Positions 26,480 through 38,200 of a DNA stretch of 64,000 nucleotides are shown piece by piece; the first letter of the stretch is position 1; each line of letters begins with the position of its first letter. The notes below the pieces were generated by a model. That model searched no databases. It saw only the letters and a list, made by a program, of their open reading frames with translations, and had not been told where the DNA came from. The stretch is from Rhina ancylostomus (lineage: Eukaryota): contig JARFYF010000050.1 of assembly GCA_030265395.1 (NCBI GenBank), forward strand, positions 19,182,044 to 19,246,043, written 5' to 3'. The translations under genes and the position numbers were made by a program.

Positions 26480-27215
26480 GGGAAAGACAGGCTGAGTGAG
26501 TGGGGCCACATTTTGGCATGTGGAGTTCAATGTAGAGAAAGTTTCTTTCCTTTATAAGCAGAGATGAGAAGTTGTGGAGGAACAAATGGTCTTGGTGTTC
26601 ATGTACTCATCTCACTAAAAGCTATTGCACAGGTACAAAAAGAAATCAAAAACTTTAATAGATTGTTGACTGTTATCTCAAAGTGGCTGGAATAGCAAAA
26701 TGTCAAAATGATGTATCACCGTTGTAGAGAGTATTGGTCAGGCCCCATCTGGAGTATTGCCTGTGCTTTAGTGCACATTACAGCAAAGATATATTGGCTT
26801 TGGAGGGGTGTAGTGAAGATTTACCAGGACCCACTGGAATCAGATATGAAGTTGCTTTATGATTTTGTGGGTCTAGAAGGTTGAGAGGGAATCTTATCAA
26901 GAAATGATCTCTTTTGGCAGAGACTTTGTTCTAATGTCTTAAATTTAGTAGTGGGTAGGTTCAGTTGTACGTGATATCAGCAAGCAATATTTTTCATACA
27001 AATGGGTTGTGAAAGATTTTGAAATCCTTTCTCCAAAATGGCTAAAGATGCAAGGTCAGTTGAGTTTTTCCAAGACTACAATCAACAATAATTTGTTAGG
27101 TAAAAATGTTAAGGGACATTACAAACAAATGGGAATTAAATGCAAGAAGGATACTTTCCAAAAGAATGGGTGAAGAGACTTGAGGAGATGAATGCCTTAT
27201 CCTTGTCCCTGAGTG
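26480..27215 (+). mobile_element. Decayed CR1 LINE
   Basis: gacaggctgagtgagtggg (DRLSEW), ttggtcaggccccatctggagtattgc (LVRPHLEYC), agaaggttgagagggaatcttatc (RRLRGNLI). Confidence 0.85.
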
Positions 27216-28820
27216 TTATTGTTCCTATCTTCAGTACTGGTTTATTTACGAGTTTGTTAAAAGAAGGAAATTGATTTATAGTATAAATGTGAAAATAGAA
27301 AGGACGACATAAAAATAAAAACTAGAAAATAAAGGGAGAAAATGGATGAAAACACAATATCTCTTGAGAAGAAAACACTGTTTATATCAACAAACCAGTA
27401 CTCTCCACTGTTATATACTTGATGTCCTTTCTCTGCCTTTACTTAAGTGCATGACACTATCTAGTATCGTGGTAAAATGCAATATATTTTCCATCAACTT
27501 TGAATTCAGACTGAATCGAGGGCTGACATTATTGCTGACATTTTAGTTAATTTCCAATTGTTTGGAAATAGTTGAAATTTTGACTGAATTTGAAAAAGTC
27601 TGTCTTTGGCAGTTTACATTTACTTAATTGTGTGTGATAGATTTGACTCCATGGTTCTGTTGTCAGATTTTCACTTGTAATTAATTAGGTGCACCCTGAA
27701 CAATGACATTTTAATTAAAACTGAACTGGGGAGAAAGAAAAAGGCAAAAAACAGCAAGCTGAGACTTTTACGAAAGGTTTCAGTTGAAGATGTGTGACAC
27801 ACTTTGTGTTCAAGAGCTAAGCATTTGCTTCCCTTAAAGTGAGTAACAGATAAAATATTGAAGAATAACACAGGGGAGTGGGAAAAACTGGAACAAGTGT
27901 TATTAACCATCAGACGACCGAAACTGTCAAACAAGTCTTCATTTCTATTTTGCACTCAATAATCTCAATAAGTTAATGCAGGCAACTGAAGCGCATCCAC
28001 TTTGACCTGTGCTAGGGTCTCCGAATGTGACTTGGAGTCAAATTTTGTTTGTTAACACTTCTTTGAAGCCCCTTAGGTAGTTCTACTATAAATATAATTT
28101 ATCAGATTCTGCATTCCTGTTTTGTTTATATAACAAATTAAGAGTATAATTATTTCTTGCCTGATGATGAATGCTCAAATTTGAATGACCCGTGACTTTC
28201 AAGTGGCCTTCCTACAGTTACACGGTACATACTCCTACTTGTGACTAATCACATGGCCTCATCTGAAAGTCCACAAAATCTCTGCAGCTGCAAAAGCTTG
28301 GCATTTCTATTCATTGTACAGTATAACATCTCCTTGCAAATATGCTGAATATATTTTCATAATGCATTGACTTTTGAGAGTCAGATTAATTGAAAGTTTG
28401 CCAACATTCTGCAGAAGCTTGCCAATCAGGTGAAATTCAAACAATAAAGGCAATGTTGCAAATATGCTCACGGCAGTTTAAAATGAAATTTGGATGATGG
28501 CTGTTGCTTCAAAGTGCTAATGGCTGCCCTGGGGTAACCAGTAGATTGTTCCTGAACAAGATAATGATTTATTTTTTGTGTTTGTCTGGTAACAGACAAA
28601 TGATGCAAAGCTTCGGAGTTCAAAATATGTTAATTAATGTGTTATATATATGTATATAAATTAAAATTGTTGCTAGTTTTGAATTACGTAATTGTTAGGC
28701 ACTTTCTGCTGCAAAGACCCATCAAAGTGTTCATCAAAAGGTACTAAGTAATTATTTGCTCTGTTTTATTTGCTCACTGGTGATTTCCCAACACAACTGA
28801 TGCTGATTGGCCCACAGCTT

Positions 28821-30200
28821 AAGAACATAGAACATGGAAAGAGGAGCAGGAATAGGATATTTGGGTCCATTAAGCTCTTTTACGATTATCATGGCTGATC
28901 CTCAACCTCAGCACCGCTTTTCCACCTGATGCCTGCACCCTTTGGGTCTCTTGGAGTAAAACGGTTGACCTCGGCAGCAAATTACTTAATCGCTGAACAT
29001 CCCAGGCCTTCAGAGAATGGAGATTTATGAAAGTTGCTGATACCCATCTCAGTTCCAAATGTTACCTCCATCCCCTACCCCCTCCCTGCCACTCAACCCT
29101 AAGCTGGACAGCATAGGTGTACCTCAGCATCTATGCTGTCCTGCCCTCTTAGAATCTTACATTTGGATGAAATCACCTCACAGTTTCCAAAATTTCAGTG
29201 AGTGAAAGCATGTCTTACTTCATCTGTTCTCATGAACAACACCATCATCACAGGAATAGACTTAGTAAACCTTTGCTCTACCACCTCTGCAGCAAGAATG
29301 CCCTTCATTGGGTCTGGAGACAGAATCTGCTCAAAGTACTCCAGCTATGGCCTCACTGATGCTCTCACACTTGCAGTAGGTTCTTCTCACTTTGATAATC
29401 CAGCTTCCTGGCTATAAAGGTTTAAGATATTTCACTTCTTAGCTTAATATCTTGCTAATATATCAACATTTTGTGTGGTTCATGTGCAACAACACTCAAA
29501 TCTCTCTAAATCTCATAACTTAATAGTGGTTTGCCATGTATAAAAAGAACACTTTCCATTCTGCTTACAAAAATAAATAACCTTGTATTTCCTTATAAAT
29601 GCATAATGACTGATCTGTCCCCATCCCTTTGCTTTGCTTCCTCCTGTCAGTTCACTTTCCCAGCCAAATTTGGATATATATATTATACATAGTACCTTCA
29701 TTGGAACTCGTAACACAATGTTGAATAACTAACGTTGAGCTTTGTGACTCATTAGTAGTTACAGTATAAAAAAGACCCATGTATCCCCACTCCTTCTGTC
29801 CTTCAGCAGTCCATATTGACCTGACCTCTGAGCCCTTACTTATGTGACAGTCTTCCACATCGTGCACTGCACTGAATGTACGGCAGAGTAAAAGGCGACT
29901 CAGCCCAACCACTACTTGCCAGCATTTCTGCTCCACTTTATCCTCCTCCTGTCCTTCCTCATCTAACCTATCAGTGTAACCCCATTATTCACTCCATCAA
30001 ATGTTTTTTTGAAAATCCAGATACATTACACCCCCGCTCCCCCTTATCCTGGTTACATCTTCAAAAAGCCAAATGCAATTTGTCAACGCACAGATTTTCC
30101 TTTCATAAAACAATGTCGACTCTGCCTAATCAAATAATGATTTTTTGATAGAATTCTTACCTGTTCCTTAGGAATGAATTCCAGATATTTTTCTAACTGC
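28821..30200 (-). mobile_element. Decayed CR1 LINE
   Basis: Terminal aagaacatagaacat..ggagcagga; antisense gtactccagctatggcctcac (VRP.LEY); tgttttttgaaaatccagata (YLDFQK). Confidence 0.8.
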
Positions 30201-31109
30201 TCCATTGCTCCCTACTTCTTTCCTTCACTGTTATATTTTCTACTTTCCAATCCACAGGAACCCTCCAGTTTCATGTATATTTTGGAGGATCACTACTAAC
30301 AAATAGATATATTCTATCTTCACTTGCTTTTGAACTCTAGAATTGGTGTTGGCTATCCTTCCAGGGAGTTGGTCAGCTGTTAGACCTAAGATAAGATTTT
30401 GTGTCAGGCAATTAGTGACTGGATTTTGAGTTTTAGTTAGAAAGCAGAACAAGGTCTGCTTATGTGAACTACTGTAAAAACTTGGAGAGAGGAACAGTGT
30501 TGTCAAAACATATGATTGCAACACCCTCAAACAATAACCTTTGCTTAATAAGTCAGTCCCTCATGAATCGACACTTAATTCTATATTTTTCTTTCATAAA
30601 TTAATAATGATCTTGGGAACAAATGTTAGGCAATCACTGAAGTAATTAAATGATGATTGTGCTAATCATTTTCTATGGGAGCTGTTAGAAAGTTTAATGT
30701 TAAACGGTAGCTTGTAGCATAATCTTAAACACTTGAGTCACATGGAGTCACAACATTGGCAGACTGTGGAAACTGTTTATAACAGAGGAAAGCTTAGTCA
30801 GTTCTTTCAACGGGACTAACAAAAAGGTATTAGAACTTAGCTACCTGCTGTTCTGTTGAGTTGCTGACCTTCTGCTTAGTTAAGAATAAAACAACAGTTT
30901 AATTATTTTCCTTTTTTTTGCTCTGTGAACCACATGTGAATAAAGGAAACTGCAAATAAGCCATTGAAAATCTCTAAAGGAGTTGCAAAGGCTGGTACCA
31001 AGTTCATTTATTTCCTATTATGATCATTGCCCCATTTATTTGAACATCAGTTCTTGTAATGATTCTGATTGCATTTATATCTAGACCCTTATTTCCTTTT
31101 TATGACTCA

Positions 31110-31385
31110 TTTAGCCTTGTGCAATTATGCTTTTCGTTATATCTCTTCTGCTTCTTATCCCAGCACTGGCTTTTCCTTCGGTTCTCACCTCTCACCTTTT
31201 CCTCTTTCCCTTTCTGCACTCTGAATTAAAACCTGTTACTTCCCTAATTGTTCCAGTTCTGACAAAAGATCTTTGAAACATTACCTCTGTTTATTTTCCC
31301 ACAAATTCTGCTTGACCTGCTGAATGTTCCATGATCTTCTATATTTATTTCAGAGTTCCAGCGTCTGCAGTGATTTTGCTCTTGT
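31110..31385 (+). mobile_element. Old Penelope-like 3' terminus
   Basis: Pyrimidine-rich UTR, ccagttctgacaaaagatc..gaaacatt, then ctgcttgacctgctga..ttccagcgtctgcag. Confidence 0.65.
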
Positions 31386-32589
31386 ACCTCTATAGTCTGT
31401 CTGCTGATATTTTAACAGTTCACAATAGCTGGGGTTAGGTGTGGCAGCAGTGTTTTCCTGCAGTTATGTTATTTTAGTGAGGTTAAAAAAATCACTTCAC
31501 AATTATTGTCAAAGGAAAATCATTTGCTTAGAAAACATTCCTTGGTCAGTATCACTTACTGCACCATGTAATAACGTCAGATCATTGGGCTGTGCCTCAA
31601 CATTCATTACTTGACTTCAATGGATTGAATTTTGGAGTCAGAATACAATATGCTGACTTCATCATGTAGTACATTTAATGCTACCAAACATGGATGAATT
31701 TCTAAGCCTTTGTCCCTTTGATGGAACCTCAAATCAACACCAAGAAGAGAGTGTTCAAAATCAAAGGAATGTTTATCAGAAGAAGGAAACCTTTCATCAC
31801 TTTTGTTTGGCTGGATTGGGACATAGGCTTCAGTAATGCAAAGGTCATCCTTTGAGTAAAGTTTTCTTTATAATCAATTATTACAGGATCTAATGAGAGG
31901 TTTGTGAACTATGCAATTTATGCTGTTATAGCAAAATAAAATGAAGACCACTTGCTGGTTTTAAAAGTTTTCAGTCTGCTTTAGAAAAGGCTTGGGCTAG
32001 TATTCAAGCATTCAAGATGTAGATGTGTTTGAAGTGTAACAATCAACTGCTTTTGTAGATTTTTTATCCCTTTAGGATCATATATTTATTTTGGGTTTGA
32101 ACTAAAACTCTTTTGATTTTCATGTTTTAACCTCGTCCCTTCATTGCCTTTAATCTCAGAATTCCATTGAGTGTTTATAAATTACTAAAGAAGTAATTTT
32201 TTTTCTCTTTCAACCATTGGTTCTGTTTCAATGAGGTGCCTGCAGCACAGTTTATTTATTAAATAGATTTTTTAAAATGTGAAATGCTTATTTATGAACA
32301 ATGCTTACACCAAAATTTTCAGTCTCACTTCAATGGTCATTTGAAATGTGCAGGATATTAAGGGAGACTTAAGACACGCCCCAGTATTGGAGGCAGCAAA
32401 AATGTGAAGTAAATGGAAGTGATAGAGCTACTGATGTTTTTAATTATAAATCCCTTTAACTTTGAGTTTCAATTTAAGATGTGCAGGAAGGATGAACCGG
32501 ATGTGTTCAATGAGCGACTAGGCCAAGTAAGGGGACATTTGCTTCTCAATCTGCCGCAACCATCCAGCAAATAACAGCAGGATGACAAT

Positions 32590-32750
32590 GGAGACATGAG
32601 ACTGCAGATGTTGGAATATGGAGCAACAAAAAAATCTGCCAGAGGAACTGAGTGAGTCAGTCCTGTGTTTTGATCTGAAACATCAACTATTCCTTTCCCC
32701 CCATAGATGCTGCTTGACCCACTGAGTTCCTCCAGCAGTTGTTTGGTTCA
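32590..32750. mobile_element. Inverted pair of Penelope-like termini
   Basis: Left arm atctgccagaggaactgagtgagtca is approximately the reverse complement of right arm tgacccactgagttcctccagcagtt. Confidence 0.75.
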
Positions 32751-33105
32751 ACAGGATGATAATTATTGAACTGGATGGGGAAGATTTAACTTTGGTTTTT
32801 CTGAGATCATTGCAATTTTCTCCATTTTTGAATTAATTTTAACATTTGCGATTCTACATGCTTCTAAATTTTGCTATAGATAAAGGTCAATGATAACTTA
32901 TGTACAGCAAGATGGTTCTGGTAGAGGTAACCACACTCTGTATTTATCTCTGTTTTGTATTTCCTATTTTAATCCTCTTGGCTTTTGTTTTTTGTTTTAA
33001 GACATCAAGAAAACTAATTTGCAGCATCTAGATTCCATCCCAGTCCCGGTAGGGCCCACTGATCCCAGAAGGCCTCTAGTGAGCCAATGGACACCTAACC
33101 CATGG

Positions 33106-33166
33106 AGTTTCTCCAGCATCTTGTGTGTTGTTCCAGATTCTAGCATCTGCAGTCTCTTGCGTCTCC
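33106..33166 (+). mobile_element. Penelope-like terminal fragment
   Basis: gagtttctccagcatcttgtgtgttgttccagattctagcatctgcagtctcttgcgtctcc, same family as 43623-43734. Confidence 0.75.
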
Positions 33167-33169
33167 AGC

Positions 33170-33700
33170 GGACACAGTATGCTCCCTCTCTAGAGACAGT
33201 TGGTTACAAACTTTACCTCAGAGGGACAGGCATTCAGGATGGACAAACTCTCCCAGTAGCCCGCTGCCTTAATCTGTGAATATCCACCTTGACCAGGTCC
33301 GGGAGTAGATCAATGAGGTGGTCCCTTGACCAACAGATGTGCACCTCCCCCAGTCCTCAAGTTTTGATCACACTTTATTCCGTGCTGAAGTGCTTAAATG
33401 TTGGTGAAAATACAATCAAAACTTAAGGACCACCTTCTAAATACTCAGGGGTTGCAACTGTGTGACTTTTCCATGCCGCAGAAATGATAGGTAGCCTGGG
33501 AGTCTGTGAACTAAGCCTGTTGAATGGGAGCATTCTGTGCGACAATCTCCACCATAGGTCTGCAATGTTAAGGGGGAGGTCTCCCACATAGAGAACTCTC
33601 TTGGCACACACAGTGAGGCTTTGGTCATGAGCCTTGGAGTGGTGTAGTGCACTTCTCCACAATGTGATCTATCCCCACATCCAGCCACCATGACAGAATC
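33170..33700 (-). mobile_element. Tx1-like (L1 clade) ORF2 C-terminal remnant
   Basis: Across frames: RVLYVGDLPLNIADLWWRLSHRMLPFNR / FTDSQATYHFCGMEKS / DHLIDLLPDLVKVDIHRLRQR, matching the Tx1 C-terminal zinc-knuckle region pattern. Confidence 0.75.
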
Positions 33701-33961
33701 CCCTCCCCTGCCAGAAATCTAACTGGAGGCGACCATATCCCAGATTCTTAAAAAAAGCTCTGATAAGTGATAAGCTTCTCGCTCAAAGAGATGTAGTTAA
33801 TGAGAATTGAAAGCCTGTGCCTTGGTGGGAAAAGCAGATCACGAGTGCACACCAACTTGGAGGATGCTCTCTGTACTGGGTCTGAAGGCACAGGGTTGTG
33901 ACTGGATATGATCAACCATCCTCTTTCTTTATTGGAAAACTCAGAACTACAGTAGAAGTCT

Positions 33962-34033
33962 AGGAACTCAGCAGGTTAGGCAGCATCTATGGAGGGAAAT
34001 AAATAGTTGATATTTCGGGTTGAGACCCTTCAG
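33962..34033 (-). mobile_element. Penelope-like terminus with partial hammerhead motif
   Basis: Reverse complement reads tgaa-gggt-ctca-accc-GAAAT-ATC-aactatttatttccctccatagatgctgcc. Confidence 0.8.
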
Positions 34034-34075
34034 CCATCAAACACACTGCAACTTGCATAGAGATGAAACAGTTAA

Positions 34076-35290
34076 TCATTTAAGCAAACAGAAATCAGGA
34101 AAATCTTTTGATACTTTCTTAAGATTGTTGGCAGAGAGTTGGCATTGCAGGTTGGAAGGAACCTCTCATCAGAGAACAGGTGGCTTGTGATATCTGAGAA
34201 ACCAGCCTGAAGATGTGGGATAAGAGTTAACTCCAGAAAAATGCACAAAGACTTGCCAAGATGCAGAGCTATGCCAAAGCCAAGCTGGAGATGGAGGACC
34301 AACAGAAGGTTGAAAGGGGAACGTATAGCCAAAGTTGCTCAGATATGGTAGGTATTGAAGATGGCAAAATGGGCTGAAAAAGAAAGGCTCTTCATTTGGG
34401 AAAAAGTACACACTATATGGGTTAGGGAATCATTACTACATACAGCCCACAATGAAGAGGACTTGAAAGTCTCTGGAGTGCACAGGATAAACCATGTAGC
34501 GACAGATTCAGTATCACATTCAGAGTACCGGTTGAAACCAATATACCTGGTTCCAAATGAAGTTAATTCTGTTGAAGGAAGAGCCATTAGGTGTGTCCAA
34601 AATGTGGAACAAGGATGACCAATAGCATTTCAACCTTACTTCAGAGTAGCAAATAATATCTCCCTGGAGCAAGCCATCAATCTTGAGGCAGTGCAATTAA
34701 AACTCTATCATGTTCTCTTGTTGTACAACAAGGCTATGCAGAAGCCAGAAAGAAGATGCTTACTGAAGGCAATGAAGCCAACGAATCAAGATGATGTGAT
34801 TATGTAATGGACGATATAGATGTCACACTTGAGATTGGAAGATATACAGTACTGCAGATGGAGCTAGTAAAGGGGCATTATGACAGGAACATGAAGATTG
34901 CTTTAATGCAATCAATTACTTCAGCTGCACAACTCATAGATGATTATGCAAATATTGTTTATAAAACTGTCAAAACCAGAAGTGCAGGAAGACAAGCTGA
35001 GGTGGCTAAAATAGCAGCTCTGTAGTAGTAGTCTATCTAAGATCTATCAGTGCTCAGAGTCAGAGTCAGTGAAGGTGAAGGCCATGTCAGACTGACAGAA
35101 GGCAGTGGTGACTCAACACTACAACACTCCAAAAATATAAGGTGATGACGGAGGAGGGTTTCCCATAAGGGAGGAACAGAGGAAGATGATCAGGAAGGAC
35201 AGTCCATTGATATAAGTGTCTGGAAGGCATTATGCCAAAGAAAAGCAGACAGAGACTGGACAATATTTTGGATCCTTGTTCAGATGTAAC
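34076..35290 (+). pseudogene. Decayed coding-like sequence of unknown origin (candidate endogenous viral nucleoprotein-like element)
   Basis: One frame runs 34076-34807 (~244 codons) with only four internal stops, three of them TGA. It continues after a frame change into ORF 34807-35025 and an acidic stretch. Purine-rich + strand. Confidence 0.45.
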
Positions 35291-38200
35291 ATGTTGCTTA
35301 TAATATTTGATCTCTGGCCCTTCAGGAATTGAAACTTGTTCTCTGATTATTGATACAAATATTTCAGTGTAGAGGGTTATTGTCTTTGAGGAAGCTTCCA
35401 TAAGCTGTCCCATTCTGTAACACATGCTGCTTTGTACAATTCGTTTCATTACTATGAATTACCAACAATCTTTCAGTACCTTGAAGAGAAATACTGAGAG
35501 AGCATCCATAATGCCAATCCGCAGAATAACAATTACATTAAATCCAGTGTCATAACTTGCCCATAGGGGCATTTGAACTGATAATTTACCCATTGCTGAT
35601 GCAAATCACCAGTGAACCAATTTATTTAAATAGCTCTATCATTGATAAAATGTTTTTGTTAATTAATTAAAACTTAAAAGAACTCATAAAACAATAAATA
35701 GCAATGTGAATGCATTCATATTTACTGAGGTATGATCTATTTGTCAAGGTTGCAACTATGAAAATGACCTTTGATAATGGAAAAAGAACATTTCAATAAT
35801 TTAATATCAAATATTGTCAGATAACATATTGCCAAGGTTAGCAATTATGCCCATGAAGTTGGTTGGTAGCATCTCTCACTAATGTGTCATTTCCAAAACA
35901 ATCGATACCTATGAACTTTGTTAAATAATTCAGGCCAAAAACATCAGGTTTTGTAGAGAGATTTTTTTGTTAGAATTTTCTGTCCAATACATACTGAGAT
36001 GAGCCTCCCCAATTTAATTTAACCAGTCTTAATAGCTAACAGGCATTAAAACATTCATCCAAGTTGCTCAGGATCCATTTTATACCATCAGCCCAGTCCT
36101 CAGAAGAGAAACTGTGGATAATTTATTTCACACTGGTAATATGTTTTTAATATACTGTACCATGCTCCCTTTTCTTCCAAGGATGTTGTGTTTTTAATCA
36201 GACTGCAAACATACTTTGAAGGCAAAGTAATCTTTTATTGAAGGAATAAGAGACAAGCTTAACTAAATGGACTACCAAGTAGCACAAGTTAAATCAAAAG
36301 CATTAGTAATAGTGTTGTGGCACCAAGAGGTAGGTTGTGGTCTTGTCACTTGAGGTGTCTCCTTATGATTAATCCCTCCCTGATCTGCCTTTCAAGAAGC
36401 ACTTATCAGAGAACAAATGGTTCCGCAGAAAGGGAGCTATTGTAGGTTGGTCAATATAAACATCTTCCAGCAGCAGGATCCACAGATGTGGATAATTAAA
36501 TCCTAAATACTAAAAATCTCAAGCCACCTTTGTCCATCATCCTTTCCAACAGTATTTAAAACAAATGTATAAACACGAAGAATAACCATTTTACTTTATT
36601 AATGCGTAAAGTTTAAAAACCTTATGTAAGCCTGGGAATTGATTTAGTGTTCATTTTTCAGTCACAGAATGAGGAAAACCAAGTTAACCCAGAATACATC
36701 TGTTCAGCAATCATTTTTAGGTGAAATAGAGCACATTGGAAAATGGGTCTGAACATTTCTGTGTGCTATTCCCATTAGCACATAAACACATCTGCTTCTG
36801 TCTCCTACAATGTAGCCATTGTATATGTTGCTGGTGTCTGGCTGCTTAAGGGATTGCTCTAATAAGAGCAACAACCTTCTATGACTACTGCATAGCAAGT
36901 TACTGGCAGCTGTGTTTGAATGAGCCTAGACCTTTCAGGAACAATGCTAGTCCCATTTTAGTACCTGTTTCTGGCTGTAAACCCACCCTAATTTCACTTC
37001 AATTGTCCTTTTGGACAATTTCACAGCTTTTTGCAAGGGACACAATTGGGCAAAGCACAGTAATGGTTGAACATAGCAAAAAAATGGTGAAATCTATTGT
37101 TTGAGATCTTTTTATTTTAGTGATTCAATATATGGGAAAGGTTCTTTCAGCAAGAACAATAATCCAACAAAAAATGATTTCTTTCTTCACATAGTCTGAG
37201 ACTGCAGACCTTGCGATTACAATGGATTACCTTGGTTACAAACTATCATGGAGCATTACGTGTTAGTTGTTCACCAAAATTCATGAATAGTCTTCGCTAT
37301 TTGAGAGCCTAGAAACAGTGGAATCAAATATCAAAGTCTAATAAATGAATGTTATTCCTCAGGAGTTTTAAGGAAGCGGAGTTCTGGTCATGCCAACAAA
37401 GAAGAAAATGATGGGCAGTTTGCTTACAGATAAAAACAGTGTACAGTGTATGGGAAGAAACTTCTGTGTCTCTTCACTAGTTATTGAGTATCTTTAGTTC
37501 ACCAAGTGTTAAGCCGTTACTGTTGTGCTTCAGTGAGAGTAAACATATGCAAAGCTTTGGCATTCCACTTTACCAGCAACTAACAAAGAGGCATTATAAA
37601 CACTGACAGATGAGATTCCTCTGTTTGCTTTGAGAATTAAGGCTAGCCAGGTAGTCCATAATATGCAGTCATCAGAATTTCTTTGTTTCTGCTTTAGCTT
37701 CTTGGATTGTGTTCATGCATTGTTTTCAGAATAAGTCATTAATTTTCAACATAGCTTGCCCATGCACTTCCTTACAATTCACAGCACCAAGAATGTCTGA
37801 TCAATAAACATTGATGTCGTGAATGGAAGTTTTGCTATCATTCATATTGTATATTACTTCCGACAACAGATTATTAGGTGGTAGTCGGCATCTGTGGAAG
37901 GATGTTGAGATACAGTCGATGCTTATGTGTTTACCTGTTCTGCTTTGAAACATGTCTATAGATAAAGATGCAATTGCCATTTTCTCTGTGCAAGACTCAG
38001 ATCTATTAGGACATTGAAGTCATCCATACTGAAAGGAACCATACAGCACAGAATTGGGTATTTGGATGGCTGGTTTATAAATGTAATTGAACAATTGGAT
38101 TGGCTAGAGGTTATAACTGTTGAATCTAAACTGTTGACAATTTCAGAAGAAAGAATTAATTGCTGGTGAGAACTATTGGCACACTGTCAACATGATGAAA

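Noticed and set aside
34795-34830. VMDDI as a reverse-transcriptase YxDD motif
   Set aside because: The spacing is wrong and none of the flanking RT motifs (QG, LG) are present.
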